Positions 50,641 to 62,006 of a DNA stretch of 64,000 nt are shown piece by piece (position 1 is the first letter of the stretch; each line of letters opens with the position of its first letter). Origin of the DNA: Bdellovibrionales bacterium (GTDB taxonomy: Bacteria > Bdellovibrionota > Bdellovibrionia > Bdellovibrionales > CAYMLA01); NCBI GenBank assembly GCA_965217115.1, contig OZ244239.1, positions 1,184,001-1,248,000 on the forward strand. The letters are read 5' to 3'. Below the pieces are notes generated by a model. It had not been told where the DNA came from, ran no database searches, and saw only the letters and a program-made list of their open reading frames with translations. The translations under genes and the position numbers were made by a program.

Positions 50641-52077
50641 ATGGGCGCTCAAGTTCCACCACAATCATTAGAGGCTGAAGTCTCTGTTCTTGGAGGCCTT
50701 CTTCTCGATGAAGATGCCTTTGATGAAATTAGCGATCTCATCACTCCTGAAGATTTTTACAAACCCTCCCATCAAATTATTTATCGAGCCATTTGTGACC
50801 TTAAACACAACCGCCAACCCCTAGATTTAATCACTGTTTCTAACTATTTAAAGGAACAAAAAAAATTAGAATCTATTGGTGGCACTCAGTATGTTCTAGA
50901 CGTGGTTGATCGTGTTGTCAGCTCGGCCAATATTACCAATCACGCTAAAATCATTACTGATAATTCCCTACTTAGAAAGCTTATTTCCACCAGTTCAAAA
51001 ATTGTTGAGCGTGCTTACAATCAAGAATTTACAGACATCACTAGTTTTATAGATGAAGCCGAGGCCTCTGTCTTCAAAATTGGAGAAAAGGACAAATCCT
51101 CAGGGCTCATCACTGCCATGGAAGCTGTTCGTGGAAGCATGATTAAAATTGAAGAGCTTTACGGAAATAAGCAAGAGACGACGGGGATTCCCACAGGTTT
51201 TCATGAGTTTGACAACATGACGGCTGGTCTGCAAAAAGGCGAACTCATTATACTCGCCGCTCGTCCTTCCATGGGAAAAACAGCCCTCTCTCTTAATATG
51301 GCCCTTAACATGGCCCTTAGAGAAAAAAAGAATGTGGCCTTTTTCTCCTTAGAGATGGGAAAAGAAGCCATTATGATGAGGTTCTTAGCCCAACAAGCTC
51401 GAATTAATATGGGAGATCTACGCATTGGTCGAATCTCTGATAATAAGTGGCCTGAACTCATCAACGCAGCTGGTGAGTTGAGTGAATCAAGTCTCTTTAT
51501 TGACGACACCTCTGGACTCAGCCCCTTTGAATTAAGAGCAAAGTGTCGACGCCTGAAAGCTCAGCATAATCTCGATGTCATTGTCATTGATTACCTCCAA
51601 TTAATGCGCATGAAAACCAAAGTCGACTCCCGTGAAAGGGAGGTTGCTGAAATCTCTGGGCGACTAAAAGAGTTAGCCAAAGAACTTCAGATTCCAGTGA
51701 TCGCTCTTGCCCAACTCAATCGAGGTGTGGAAGGAAGAACCGTGAAACGGCCCATGCTCTCAGATTTAAGGGAATCAGGTTCTATTGAACAAGATGCCGA
51801 TTTAATTATGATGCTCTATCGTGAGGAGTACTACGATAAAGAGGACCCTGAAAAAAGAGGAACTGCTGAGTGTATTATTGAAAAACATCGTAACGGCCCA
51901 ACAGGGACTGTGAAACTGACCTTCGATGCTCGATTTGGTCTTTTCCAAAATCCCCAAACAGCCCAGCGCTCAAATTATTCCGCGGGACCGCTGACCCATG
52001 AAACTAATCTTTCCACAGCAGATAGCTCCGGAAAGCAAAGCAAACCCAAAAACTTTGCACCTGACAGTGAACTATAG
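50641..52077 (+). CDS. dnaB: Replicative DNA helicase
   Basis: PPQSLEAE, AARPSMGKT, FSLEM, IDYLQL and SDLRESGSIEQDAD motifs; start set at ATG 50641 after GAGGAGG. Confidence 0.98.
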   Translation: MGAQVPPQSLEAEVSVLGGLLLDEDAFDEISDLITPEDFYKPSHQIIYRAICDLKHNRQPLDLITVSNYLKEQKKLESIGGTQYVLDVVDRVVSSANITNHAKIITDNSLLRKLISTSSKIVERAYNQEFTDITSFIDEAEASVFKIGEKDKSSGLITAMEAVRGSMIKIEELYGNKQETTGIPTGFHEFDNMTAGLQKGELIILAARPSMGKTALSLNMALNMALREKKNVAFFSLEMGKEAIMMRFLAQQARINMGDLRIGRISDNKWPELINAAGELSESSLFIDDTSGLSPFELRAKCRRLKAQHNLDVIVIDYLQLMRMKTKVDSREREVAEISGRLKELAKELQIPVIALAQLNRGVEGRTVKRPMLSDLRESGSIEQDADLIMMLYREEYYDKEDPEKRGTAECIIEKHRNGPTGTVKLTFDARFGLFQNPQTAQRSNYSAGPLTHETNLSTADSSGKQSKPKNFAPDSEL

Positions 52078-52079
52078 TT

Positions 52080-52526
52080 TTAGCTTCGCTCAACGTTTAT
52101 TTTAATATCACCCTGAAGGCCTTCTCCCAACTTTATATTTGCCTTGTGTTGCCCTAAAAGACGTATTGGCTCCTCAAGAAAAATATCACGCCGATCGACA
52201 ATCATTCCCATCTCATCTAATTTTTCAGAAATATCAAAGTTTGTGATCGAACCGAATATTTTGTCTGATTTTTCTCCCGCATCCACTTTAAAGGTAATAT
52301 CCACTTTAGCTAGTTTAACCAAAAGCTCCTTGCGTACACTGAGCATCTTCGTTTTTTTTATCTCAGCAACTTGTTGCAGGTGCTTAAACTCTTTAACTTT
52401 GGCTTCCGTTGCTTCAGCAGCCAGCCTTCTCGGAAACAAAAAATTTCGTGCATAACCTGAGGACACATTGCAAAGATCGCCCGCTTTTCCTAAATCCTTC
52501 ACGTCTTCTTGTAAAACAACTTTCAT
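52080..52526 (-). CDS. rplI: 50S ribosomal protein L9
   Basis: MKVVL.EDV..LGK.G, GYARNFL and IFGSI motifs. Confidence 0.97.
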   Translation of the reverse strand: MKVVLQEDVKDLGKAGDLCNVSSGYARNFLFPRRLAAEATEAKVKEFKHLQQVAEIKKTKMLSVRKELLVKLAKVDITFKVDAGEKSDKIFGSITNFDISEKLDEMGMIVDRRDIFLEEPIRLLGQHKANIKLGEGLQGDIKINVERS

Positions 52527-52538
52527 AATTTCTCTCTC

Positions 52539-53417
52539 CTATTTTAGTAATTCCTTAATTTGTAATTTTTTTCTAAATTCCAACCAAAAATCAACCACTC
52601 CAACTAAAGTCACCCCCACAAAAAATTGAGTCACAATAAAAAAATAAGCCAAGTATTGCCACAAAACGCCTATTCTCTTTACAGCAAAAAAAGTCGCTAT
52701 AATAGCCACCCCCTGCCAAAAAAACAATGCCACAAGGATGTTTAAAATATTTATTGATACAATCTCAACCGCCTTCATCTCAAAGTTCTTAAAAGACAAA
52801 AGAAAAACCACCATTAAAACCCAAATAAACAGGTCTGGCATTTTAAATTCCAATGGAGACGGATGAGACACTCCCTCTCTCTGCTTTCCAAGCCACTTTA
52901 ACAAGCGCCCCTCCAAGACCAAGGAAAGCCCAAGAGCAAATATCAACACCACCACAAAAATCGATGGCAACTGCTCTAAAACGACCTCTGACTCTATCTG
53001 TACCTTTGGGTTAATCTGTTTTATTTGCAAAACAAACTGTCCAACCTGTTCTGAAGCCACATCTATAAAAGATTGCCAACTAAATCCATGGAAAATCAAT
53101 TGTAAAACTCCGCCCATCAAAAGCCCAACCATAACAGCAACAAATCCTGATATAAAAAAGTCTCTCCCCTTGCGTTCTTGCTCACAAAAAATAATCGAGA
53201 GGGATGCTAAAGCTAAAAAAACCGTTGCCATGGGCCACATATCGAGCAACATCATAAGTGTAACGATCATTCCCGTCATCAAACAAAACTTTTTCCAACC
53301 AAGAGAAAAGCTCAGTGTTCTCAAGGGAGCTGCCCCTAAAACCACTGTCATCGAAGACAGAATCACGGCCAACAAGACACTTAAGGTCAGGCGCAGCCGA
53401 TCAGAAGGTGTTTTCAT
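52539..53417 (-). CDS. DUF2232 (YybS-like) membrane protein
   Basis: Polytopic; FFWQG.A and G..DFW..FR motifs; lies between rpsF and rplI. Confidence 0.8.
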   Translation of the reverse strand: MKTPSDRLRLTLSVLLAVILSSMTVVLGAAPLRTLSFSLGWKKFCLMTGMIVTLMMLLDMWPMATVFLALASLSIIFCEQERKGRDFFISGFVAVMVGLLMGGVLQLIFHGFSWQSFIDVASEQVGQFVLQIKQINPKVQIESEVVLEQLPSIFVVVLIFALGLSLVLEGRLLKWLGKQREGVSHPSPLEFKMPDLFIWVLMVVFLLSFKNFEMKAVEIVSINILNILVALFFWQGVAIIATFFAVKRIGVLWQYLAYFFIVTQFFVGVTLVGVVDFWLEFRKKLQIKELLK

Positions 53418-53839
53418 TGCCTTCTTTGACGTTTTTGTTTAAAATTCTCTTCCCGCTCTTTTTCTGCCTTAAGCGCTTCAACGAGACACTCTTTAAAGTT
53501 ATCAACAAATTTCTTCAAATCTGTCTCTTCTTCCAAACGAGTGTGCATCACACGAAGAACACGGTCGTTAATTCCCATTGTTCTTTCAAGTTCTGCCACA
53601 GCCTCTGGCTCTGCCATAAATGTTGTGTGAAAATAAATCGAATTGCGAATTTTTTTCACATGGTTCGCCAAGCGGCGACGGCCCCAGGAATCAACATGAT
53701 TCACCGAACCATTAAAAGACTCAACGATTGCCTTGTTTTTTTGAAAAAGCTCTTTTTGCTGATCTTCTGTTGCGTCTGGATGCATCAAAATGACAGCCTC
53801 ATAGGGTCGAACTACTTTTGGGTGGGTTACAAAATCCAT
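53414..53839 (-). CDS. rpsF: 30S ribosomal protein S6
   Basis: YEAVIL.HP, WGRRRLA and ELER...I.D.VLR motifs. Confidence 0.95.
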   Translation of the reverse strand: MDFVTHPKVVRPYEAVILMHPDATEDQQKELFQKNKAIVESFNGSVNHVDSWGRRRLANHVKKIRNSIYFHTTFMAEPEAVAELERTMGINDRVLRVMHTRLEEETDLKKFVDNFKECLVEALKAEKEREENFKQKRQRRQ

Positions 53840-54008
53840 TAAAATCCCCTTGGGTTAACAGCCCACAGACAATCTGCGAGCAAGGATAAAATCTAGCCAA
53901 GGAGAAATATCACGACTCAAGCCAATTCACAAGCGCCTCTTGCCCTTCGAGACCTTTTGTTAAATTTCTTATTGGCTTAAGACAAAAAAACTGTAATATA
54001 TTGAAATT

Positions 54009-54698
54009 ATGGACCTTTTTTTTGATGTGATCGAAGGAGCGGCTAAGGGCTCCCGTCATAAAATTAAAAATGGCATGTCTGTTGGCCGTCTAGAGGGGGA
54101 TCTCATTCTAAATGACTCCAAAGTCTCCTCTCTTCACGCTCGTGTTGGTAAGGACGACCGCGGAAGATTTCTCCTTGTCGACAACAACTCTTCAAACGGC
54201 ATGTTCATCAATGGACAGAGAGTTGGAAAAGCAACTCTGCTCCCTGGCCTCACCCTCCAAATAGGACAAACTCTCCTAAAAGTTGTCGAAGAGGGGTTTG
54301 GAGCATTTGTTCTTCAACCAGAAAAAAACTGGGAGGAAATGCTTGAGGAAGCCTTTATCAAAGGGGAAACCCTTGTAAAACAAATAGACAAAGGAGTCAG
54401 CCTTTTTCAACCAGCTTTAAAACTCACATTCATCCAGGGAATACAAACCGACCAAATTTGGGAGTTGTCCTATGGCCCTCGACATTTTGGCAAAGCCTCC
54501 TTTGAATTCCCCCTCTTTGAACCAAACTGTCCCGATCAATGTTTTGTTTTAGCCCCCCTCTCTCCATCAGAAATAGAGTTCCAAACACGGCACCCCCATA
54601 AAGTTCTGCTCAATGAACAAGAGAAATCCTCCGAAAAGATTAAAAGGGGAACTCTTATCCGTATTGGCGACACTGTGATTGAAATCGACTTTATCTAG
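54009..54698 (+). CDS. FHA-domain protein (tandem FHA-like)
   Basis: VGR....LIL.D..VS..HA and DNNSSNGMFING motifs; degenerate second FHA at the C-terminus. Confidence 0.88.
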   Translation: MDLFFDVIEGAAKGSRHKIKNGMSVGRLEGDLILNDSKVSSLHARVGKDDRGRFLLVDNNSSNGMFINGQRVGKATLLPGLTLQIGQTLLKVVEEGFGAFVLQPEKNWEEMLEEAFIKGETLVKQIDKGVSLFQPALKLTFIQGIQTDQIWELSYGPRHFGKASFEFPLFEPNCPDQCFVLAPLSPSEIEFQTRHPHKVLLNEQEKSSEKIKRGTLIRIGDTVIEIDFI

Positions 54699-54712
54699 AG
54701 AGGAAAAATTTT

Positions 54713-55606
54713 ATGGGTCATATTGAAAAAAAAACTGGCTTCTTTAACAGTTTCGATGACGCCCCGATCTATTATGAGGTTAGGGGCGAGGGTCAACCCA
54801 TTGTTTTCGCCTATGGTCTCCTCTGTCTTATTAATCACTTCCATCCTCAACTGCAATATTTCTCAAAAAACTATCAAACCATTGTTTTTGATTACCGAGG
54901 ACATCACAAAAGTACCTCGCCAAAAAACAAAGATTCTTTAACCGTTGAAAGCCTCGCTAAAGACCTTCAGCTCCTGTTAGATCACTTAAACATCGAAAAA
55001 GCTCATTTTGTTGGACACAGCTTTGGTGCCCAGGTCTTATTAAAAAGTTACAACCTTTTTAGTGATCGTTTTTTATCCATTTCTTTTCTCAACGGATTTG
55101 CCCGTCTCCCTGCTGAGAATATGTTCGGCTCTCGCTTTGTTCCTGCGGCAGTAAAACTCTTACGAGAAACCCATAAAACAGCTCCTTCCCTCTCTTCTGC
55201 TCTATGGAAAATAGCTATTAACAATCCTATATCTATTGGCATTAGCTTCCTTGCAGGGGGGTTTAATCTACAGCTTACAAAAATCAAAGATGTGGAAATT
55301 TACATCAAAGGTGTCTCTTCTATTGATCTTGATGTTTTTACGGCGCTTTTTAATGAAATGGTGACACTCGATTTCCGCCCTCTATTAAAGAACATTCAAA
55401 TTCCTGTTCTCATTATTAGTGGAGATAAAGACACGCTCACTCCAGAAAAATACCAACAGGAACTTCATCGAGAGGTTTTTAAAAGTGAATTATTGCTTGT
55501 CCCCTATGGGTCCCACTGCACGCAATTGGATTTTCCTGAACTTATTAATTTACGTATTGAAAAGTTCTTCCACGATCAAAGAAAAAAAGACAAAACACAG
55601 GTTTAA
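54713..55606 (+). CDS. Alpha/beta hydrolase
   Basis: DYRGH, GHSFG nucleophile elbow, GDKD and GSH motifs. Confidence 0.92.
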   Translation: MGHIEKKTGFFNSFDDAPIYYEVRGEGQPIVFAYGLLCLINHFHPQLQYFSKNYQTIVFDYRGHHKSTSPKNKDSLTVESLAKDLQLLLDHLNIEKAHFVGHSFGAQVLLKSYNLFSDRFLSISFLNGFARLPAENMFGSRFVPAAVKLLRETHKTAPSLSSALWKIAINNPISIGISFLAGGFNLQLTKIKDVEIYIKGVSSIDLDVFTALFNEMVTLDFRPLLKNIQIPVLIISGDKDTLTPEKYQQELHREVFKSELLLVPYGSHCTQLDFPELINLRIEKFFHDQRKKDKTQV

Positions 55607-55666
55607 AGGGTCTTTCACGACCCCTCTAAAAGAAAGAAAGAGAGTTTCTCTTTTCAGAAAATAAAG

Positions 55667-56998
55667 TTATTCAACGCTTTTCTCTGTAGGAGGATAGGCC
55701 TCGTTGATCAAGGCCTGATAAGCATTCACCATTCCGCCAGAAGCAATTCTTCCTTTTAGGACAGAAAAAGGCCTTGATGTTCTTTTCAGGCGCTCAATTA
55801 TTTGCTCGGGAGTGAGGTCTCTTTCATTGGAAAGAAGTAACGCCGCAACTCCTGAAACGTAGGGCACTGCGAATGATGTTCCTGAATTTAACTTAAGAAC
55901 ACCCGCAAGAGTTTTGCCTACGACGTGTTCCCCAGGAGCTGTTATATCCACTGTCTCTACACCAAAGTTAGAATCAGACCACAGTTTTCCTCTATTGGTC
56001 ATTGCCCCTACAGAAATAACATTCGGCACTTCATAGTTAGACGGATAATGGGAGGTGACGTCATTGTTTTGTCCCACATTTCCTGCAGAAGCGACAAACA
56101 ACACACCCTTTGCGTGAGCCCTTTCTATAGCTTCTTTAAGAATGTCTGAATAAGAACTGCCACCCCAAGAGTTACTTATAATATCAGCACCCATTTCTAT
56201 GGCATAATCAATGGCCATCACCACTCTGGCCGTGGTCCCTCTACCAAGAAAATCCGCGTATTTCAAAGACATCATTCTTACATCCCATGCAACTCCGACA
56301 AGACCAACACCGTCGCCACCCTTAGCCCCAATAACACTGGCACACATGGACCCATGGCCATTATCGTCCTTCGAATCACCATCGTTGTTCGCAAAATCAT
56401 AACCATGAATGTCATCAACAAAACCATTGCCATCATCATCAAGGCCATTGTTCGGGATTTCGCCTTCATTCACCCACAGGTTTCCACGGAGGTCTTCGGA
56501 TGAAAAATTCAATCCTGTATCAACAATAGCAATAACAATTTCTGGGCTTCCTGTTTGAATGTTCCACGCTTTCTCAGCTCCGATATCAACACCCCTAATA
56601 CCATCGAGGCCTTTTTGAGCGATTTTTTGTCCAAAATTAACTAAGCCCCACGAATATTTTAAATATTCATCATTTGGAATGCGATTTATTTTGTAAATAT
56701 AATTTGGTTCAGCATACTTCACCTCAGAGTAGGTTTTGAGGTCCTCCAAAACAAAATCGCTCTGCATCAGTATGGAGGCTCGAACAACTAAAACCTTCTC
56801 TCTCTTGTTTTTAATATCATAACCAAAAGACTGAACCTCGGCTCCTTCCTTAAACTGAATAACAAACTCTCCTGGAACAGCCTCAAAATCACTCAAGCTC
56901 TCTGCCGTTTTCTTCCCTTCTGTCTCTCCAGATCCATAGGCCATGGGACCCATTAAACTAAAACTGATAAGGCTCACTAATAAATGATTTAATCTCAT
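55667..56998 (-). CDS. Secreted subtilisin-like S8 serine protease
   Basis: IAIVDTG, NGHGS, SAGN and SGTS catalytic motifs; signal peptide; start set at MRLNHLL. Confidence 0.93.
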   Translation of the reverse strand: MRLNHLLVSLISFSLMGPMAYGSGETEGKKTAESLSDFEAVPGEFVIQFKEGAEVQSFGYDIKNKREKVLVVRASILMQSDFVLEDLKTYSEVKYAEPNYIYKINRIPNDEYLKYSWGLVNFGQKIAQKGLDGIRGVDIGAEKAWNIQTGSPEIVIAIVDTGLNFSSEDLRGNLWVNEGEIPNNGLDDDGNGFVDDIHGYDFANNDGDSKDDNGHGSMCASVIGAKGGDGVGLVGVAWDVRMMSLKYADFLGRGTTARVVMAIDYAIEMGADIISNSWGGSSYSDILKEAIERAHAKGVLFVASAGNVGQNNDVTSHYPSNYEVPNVISVGAMTNRGKLWSDSNFGVETVDITAPGEHVVGKTLAGVLKLNSGTSFAVPYVSGVAALLLSNERDLTPEQIIERLKRTSRPFSVLKGRIASGGMVNAYQALINEAYPPTEKSVE

Positions 56999-57236
56999 TT
57001 TACCCCCCCATGGAATCACTTTAAAAAGGCCTCTGTCTTAGATGAGACCTTTTCAATTTCAAAGTAGTACCATTTTCTGAACGTAGGATAAAACAAAAAA
57101 CCTCGTGTCTCCCTAACGCAGTGCTAAGGTGACAGGCTTCACTTCCTGTGAGCGTCTGTCCCCTTCTAAGCAAAAGCCATCCTAGCTGTTAAAAGATCAG
57201 ACAGCTTCTTCTTCGTTTTTGGTTAATTCTTGTTTT

Positions 57237-57998
57237 TTAAAATGAGGCTTTTAAAACTTCGCGATTCATTCGTGCGATGTTAGAGAGACTTATCTCTTTA
57301 GGGCAAACAGCAGAACATGACCCTGTGTTTGTGCAGGCACCAAATCCCTCTTCTTCCATTGTTGTTACCATTTTCTGTGTTCTTTCCTTCGCCTCTGTCT
57401 GCCCTTGGGGTAATAACGCTAAATGGGAAATCTTCGCACTGACAAAAAGCGATGCCGAAGCATTTTTACAAACAGCCACACAGGCTCCGCATCCAATGCA
57501 AGCCGCCGAATTAAAAGCTTCATCGGAATCCTCTTTTCTAATCGCTGTTGCATTTGCATCAGTCGCACTTCCTGTAGAGGCAGAGATATAGCCCCCCGAT
57601 GAAATAATACGGTCAAAAGCTGAGCGATTTACAACTAAGTCTTTTATCAAAGGAAAAGCCTTCGCTCTAAAGGGCTCAATTCTGATCGTGTCACCGTTTT
57701 TAAATGTTCTCATATGTAACTGACAAACGGTTGTTCCCTTTGATGGCCCATGGGGGTTTCCATCTATATTGACCCCACAAGTTCCACAAATTCCTTCACG
57801 ACAATCGTGATCAAAGGCCACGGGCTCTTCATTAGACGAGATTAATTCTTCATTTAATTGATCTAACATTTCCAAGAAAGAAGCGTGGGAGGAAACATCT
57901 TTAATCTGATATTCGATAAAACTCCCTTTTGATTCTGGACTCTTCTGTCTCCAAATCTTCAAGGTTAAGTTCATTAATTTACTGTTTTTTTCCGCCAT
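57237..57998 (-). CDS. sdhB: Succinate dehydrogenase/fumarate reductase iron-sulfur subunit
   Basis: [23 protein letters not shown] and CTNTGSC...CP clusters. Confidence 0.96.
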   Translation of the reverse strand: MAEKNSKLMNLTLKIWRQKSPESKGSFIEYQIKDVSSHASFLEMLDQLNEELISSNEEPVAFDHDCREGICGTCGVNIDGNPHGPSKGTTVCQLHMRTFKNGDTIRIEPFRAKAFPLIKDLVVNRSAFDRIISSGGYISASTGSATDANATAIRKEDSDEAFNSAACIGCGACVAVCKNASASLFVSAKISHLALLPQGQTEAKERTQKMVTTMEEEGFGACTNTGSCSAVCPKEISLSNIARMNREVLKASF

Positions 57999-58014
57999 CT
58001 CAGTTCCCTCTAAA

Positions 58015-59934
58015 CTATTTGTAACTTCTCGTTGCTAATTTAACTCTATCAAACTCTAAGTTCTCTCTGTGTAGTTCAAAATCGTTGGAATCACTCTTGC
58101 GCTCCCATGCGGCTACATAGCAAAAATTTTCATCATCCCTCTTAGCTTCTCCGCCTTCAGTCTGATACTCCTCTCGAAAGTGTCCACCACAGGACTCTTC
58201 TCGATTCAAAGCGTCTTTACACATCAGCTCACCTAATTCCAAAAAGTCGGCCACACGCCCTGCTTTCTCCAGCTCAGGGTTTAACTCCTTCGCAGAACCA
58301 GGAATTCGCAAGTCATGCCAGAACTCTTCACGGAGTTGAGGTATCTCTTTCAAGGCCTGTTCGAGCCCCCCTTTATTCCGTCCCATTCCACAGTTTTTCC
58401 ACATAATCCGACCAAGCCGTTTATGAAAACTATCCACAGAATGGGCCCCTTTGATATTCATTAATCTGCTGACCTCTTCTTCCACTTCATTGGCTGCCGA
58501 CTGAGCCTCGTCGCTCTTCCCGTTATAGTCACCAGGGCTTTCTCCGGCTAAGTAATTTGATAACGTTGCTGGAATAACAAAGTAGCCATCGGCCAATCCC
58601 TGCATCAATGCCGAGGCCCCTAAGCGATTCGCTCCATGATCTGAAAAGTTGGCCTCACCAAGAACAAACAAACCAGGTATTGTACTCTGTAAATGATAAT
58701 CAACCCACAAACCACCCATCGTGTAATGGGGAGCCGGAAATATACGCATTGGCTTTTGATAGGGATTCTCTCCAGTGATCCTCTGATACATATCAAATAA
58801 ATTACCATAACGAGACGAGACAGTGTCCTGCCCCAAGCGGCTAATTGCATCGCGGAAATCTAAATAAACAGCAACCCCCGTGTCTCCCACTCCATGGCCA
58901 TCATCCACACGATACTTCGCCTGCCGAGAAGCCACATCACGAGGAGCTAAATTACCAAAGCTCGGATAAACTCTCTCTAAATAATAATCCCTTTCACTGT
59001 CAGGAATTTTTTCTGGAGGTCTCTTATCTCCCCTTTTCTTTGGCACCCAAACTCGCCCATCATTGCGCAGAGATTCAGACATTAAGGTCAGTTTGGACTG
59101 CATTTCCCCTGCAACGGGAATACACGTGGGATGAATTTGTGTGTAACAGGGGTTTGCAAAAAAAGCCCCTTTCTTATGGGCCTTCCAAGAAGCCGTCACC
59201 GCCGAAGCCATCGCATTCGTTGAGAGAAAAAAGACATTGGAGTAGCCTCCCGAGCATAACAAAACAGCATCGCCCATGTGCGTTTCAATTTTACCTGTCA
59301 AAAGATCACGAACAACAACTCCTTTCGCCTTGCCATCGACTAAAACGAGATTCAACATTTCACGGCGAACATGTAAAACAACCTGTTTTTTTTCCACCTG
59401 TCTCATCATAGATTGATACGCTCCATAAAGAAGCTGCTGGCCCGTTTGCCCTTTGGCAAAAAACGTTCTCGATACCTGGGCACCACCAAAAGAGCGATTA
59501 TCAAGAAGACCACCGTAATCACGGGCAAAAGGCACGCCTTGAGCCACACATTGATCAATAATTTGGGATGAAATTTGAGCTAAGCGATAAACATTTGCCT
59601 CACGGGCGCGAAAATCTCCCCCTTTTACCGTGTCATAAAACAATCGGTGAACAGAGTCTCCATCTCCTTGATAATTTTTAGCGGCGTTAATCCCCCCCTG
59701 CGCTGCAACCGAGTGCGCCCTGCGCGCGCTTTCATGGGTGCAGAATGTGTGAACATTGTATCCCTGCTCTCCCAAAGTCGCTGAGGCACTTGCTCCCGCC
59801 AATCCTGTGCCGATACAGATAACTTTAAACTTTCGCTTATTAGATGGGTTTACTAACTTCATATCAAACTTGTGCTGATCCCACATTGTTTCAAGCGGGG
59901 TATCGGGAATCTTTGTCTCTAGTATTTTCGCCAT
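58015..59934 (-). CDS. sdhA: Succinate dehydrogenase/fumarate reductase flavoprotein
   Basis: [31 protein letters not shown] and HGANRLGA motifs. Confidence 0.97.
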   Translation of the reverse strand: MAKILETKIPDTPLETMWDQHKFDMKLVNPSNKRKFKVICIGTGLAGASASATLGEQGYNVHTFCTHESARRAHSVAAQGGINAAKNYQGDGDSVHRLFYDTVKGGDFRAREANVYRLAQISSQIIDQCVAQGVPFARDYGGLLDNRSFGGAQVSRTFFAKGQTGQQLLYGAYQSMMRQVEKKQVVLHVRREMLNLVLVDGKAKGVVVRDLLTGKIETHMGDAVLLCSGGYSNVFFLSTNAMASAVTASWKAHKKGAFFANPCYTQIHPTCIPVAGEMQSKLTLMSESLRNDGRVWVPKKRGDKRPPEKIPDSERDYYLERVYPSFGNLAPRDVASRQAKYRVDDGHGVGDTGVAVYLDFRDAISRLGQDTVSSRYGNLFDMYQRITGENPYQKPMRIFPAPHYTMGGLWVDYHLQSTIPGLFVLGEANFSDHGANRLGASALMQGLADGYFVIPATLSNYLAGESPGDYNGKSDEAQSAANEVEEEVSRLMNIKGAHSVDSFHKRLGRIMWKNCGMGRNKGGLEQALKEIPQLREEFWHDLRIPGSAKELNPELEKAGRVADFLELGELMCKDALNREESCGGHFREEYQTEGGEAKRDDENFCYVAAWERKSDSNDFELHRENLEFDRVKLATRSYK

Positions 59935-59967
59935 TCTTTAACTCCAACTTCTTTTCTTAAAAGATTT

Positions 59968-60633
59968 TTAATAACAAAAATAAAAATAAAAGGGTTGCAC
60001 AATAAAACCGAGGGCCACAATCGCAGAATAAAAATAACCGATTTTCTTTATTTTCCCATGAAATTCTGTGGAAAAAAGCCCCAAAGACTGGAAGGCAGAA
60101 GCAAAACCATGGCTCAGATGAAACCACAACCCCAACAAGCAGACCCCGTACCAAGAGACGAAGATGGGATCTTGAAAAGATTCTCTCAATAAACGAAAAA
60201 TATCTCGCATTTTTTCACCACCGTACTCCACCTCGTAGTAAGTTCCGTACTTAAAGGAGATTAAATGGTAAACAACAAAGACAAGGATCAATGACCCATG
60301 GAAAATCATCGTTCTCGAAGCCAAGCTCGCCGCTCCATCGCCACTGGGAAGCTGCGCGTCTCCCGTTTGACGGGCTCCTCTGTTTTTCAACGTCAGTTGA
60401 ATTGCTAAAACAAGATGAGCCAATAAGGTCAAAGATAAAATGGCCTCCACCCCGTACAGAAGGGGCAAATTAGACACAATGCCATGGGCATAGCGATTGT
60501 AAACTTCTGGGCCAAAAAAAATAAGCATATTGCCCAACATATGCCCCATGATAAAACCACACCAGACAAGCCCAGTGATTGCCATTACGTATTTTTTACC
60601 AATGGATGTTTTAAAAAATTGAATCTGACCCAT
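59968..60633 (-). CDS. sdhC: Succinate dehydrogenase cytochrome b558 subunit
   Basis: SIGKK.VMAITG, HMLGN, heme-ligating His residues, HL.HG..S.FQSLG. Confidence 0.94.
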   Translation of the reverse strand: MGQIQFFKTSIGKKYVMAITGLVWCGFIMGHMLGNMLIFFGPEVYNRYAHGIVSNLPLLYGVEAILSLTLLAHLVLAIQLTLKNRGARQTGDAQLPSGDGAASLASRTMIFHGSLILVFVVYHLISFKYGTYYEVEYGGEKMRDIFRLLRESFQDPIFVSWYGVCLLGLWFHLSHGFASAFQSLGLFSTEFHGKIKKIGYFYSAIVALGFIVQPFYFYFCY

Positions 60634-60761
60634 AACGATGCCCCGTGCCGAATTTCTACCTACTAAATATGTCGCTCTTTTTCAAAAAACACAAGGGTTC
60701 AGCTCTTTAACCCTGACCTAAGCTTGGCCACAACAGGCATCATGGGCACAAGAAAAAACAA

Positions 60762-61271
60762 CTAATACTCAGTCAATACTTTTTTTTCATTGATGCTAAA
60801 CTCTGTCGAGTAGCCGTATGCGCCAGTCGTCACAAGATTCTCCGAATTGGTCGTCCGAGTCGCGCAAGCAGTAAATTTGCTGGGGCCAGGCATACAGACC
60901 CCTTGGACATACGAGAACGCAGTGTAGGGGGTAGTGAGAAAACTCACCCCCTGGGTGTAGAGGCTCGGCGCGGTACCCCCAATATTTATACCAAAACCAA
61001 TTCGACCAAAATACTTTAACGGAACAGGCTCCAATCCAATCTCTGAAAGATCCCCAGAGTAGGTCTCATATTGAGCATAATGAGTCTTCTCTGCCGTGTA
61101 TATTCCGGATAAAACACCCTTTACCTCTGCTTTCTCGGCTCTCTCTATATAACCCTCGTAGCCTGGGACAGCAATGGCTGCCAACACGCCAATAATGGCC
61201 ACTACAACCATCAGCTCGACTAAAGAGAACCCCGCCGCTCTGGAAAGGATTTTAATTTTTCTAGAATCCAT
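60762..61271 (-). CDS. Type IV pilin (copy 1)
   Basis: AAG|FSLVELMVVVAIIGVLAAIAVP; C-terminal C-x9-C. Confidence 0.93.
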   Translation of the reverse strand: MDSRKIKILSRAAGFSLVELMVVVAIIGVLAAIAVPGYEGYIERAEKAEVKGVLSGIYTAEKTHYAQYETYSGDLSEIGLEPVPLKYFGRIGFGINIGGTAPSLYTQGVSFLTTPYTAFSYVQGVCMPGPSKFTACATRTTNSENLVTTGAYGYSTEFSINEKKVLTEY

Positions 61272-61499
61272 CTCTTAATTTTACCACTTCTCTTTTAAAT
61301 GGACAAAGTTTTTACCCTTTTGAGACTATTTCCATTTTAAAAATAGACCTTTTAAAAAATGGAATCTGACCCATAACGATGCCCCGTGCCGAATTTTTAT
61401 CGACTAAATATGTCGCTCTTTTTCAAAAAAAACAAGGGATCAGCTCTTTAACCCTGACCTAAACTTGGGCACAACAGACATGGGCACAAGAAAAAACAA

Positions 61500-62006
61500 C
61501 TAATACTCTCTGAACACTTTTTTTTCATTGATGCTAAACTCTGTCTTCTGACCGAAAGCATTAACAAACAGCACATTAGTCGAGTCGGTCGTCCGAGTAG
61601 CGCAAGCATTAAATCCGCCGGGGCGAACCATACACACCTCTGGGCTATACCCTGACACAATGTAGGGGGCAGTGCCAAAACTCACCCCATGGGTGTAGAG
61701 ACTCGGCGTGGCCCGAGTGTTTGTAGAAAAACCAATTAGACCAAAATACTTTAACGGAACAGGCTCCAATCCAATCTCTGAAAGATCCCCAGAGTAGGTA
61801 TCATATTGAGCATAATGAGCCTTCTCTGCCGTGTATATTCCCGATAAAATAGCCTTTACCTCTGCTTTCTCGGCTCTCTCTATATAACCCTCGTAGCCTG
61901 GGACAGCAATGGCTGCCAACACGCCAATAATGGCCACTACAACCATCAGCTCGACTAAAGAGAACCCCGCCGCTCTGGAAAGGGTTTTAATTCTTCTAGA
62001 ATCCAT
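61500..62006 (-). CDS. Type IV pilin (copy 2)
   Basis: AAG|FSLVELMVVVAIIGVLAAIAVP; C-terminal C-x9-C. Confidence 0.93.
   Translation of the reverse strand: MDSRRIKTLSRAAGFSLVELMVVVAIIGVLAAIAVPGYEGYIERAEKAEVKAILSGIYTAEKAHYAQYDTYSGDLSEIGLEPVPLKYFGLIGFSTNTRATPSLYTHGVSFGTAPYIVSGYSPEVCMVRPGGFNACATRTTDSTNVLFVNAFGQKTEFSINEKKVFREY

Noticed and set aside
53315..59411. Longer antisense ORFs such as 53315..53842 and 58845..59411, and the many 60-145 aa overlapping ORFs elsewhere
   Set aside because: They lie opposite or inside well-supported genes and have no recognisable motifs; treated as shadow frames.
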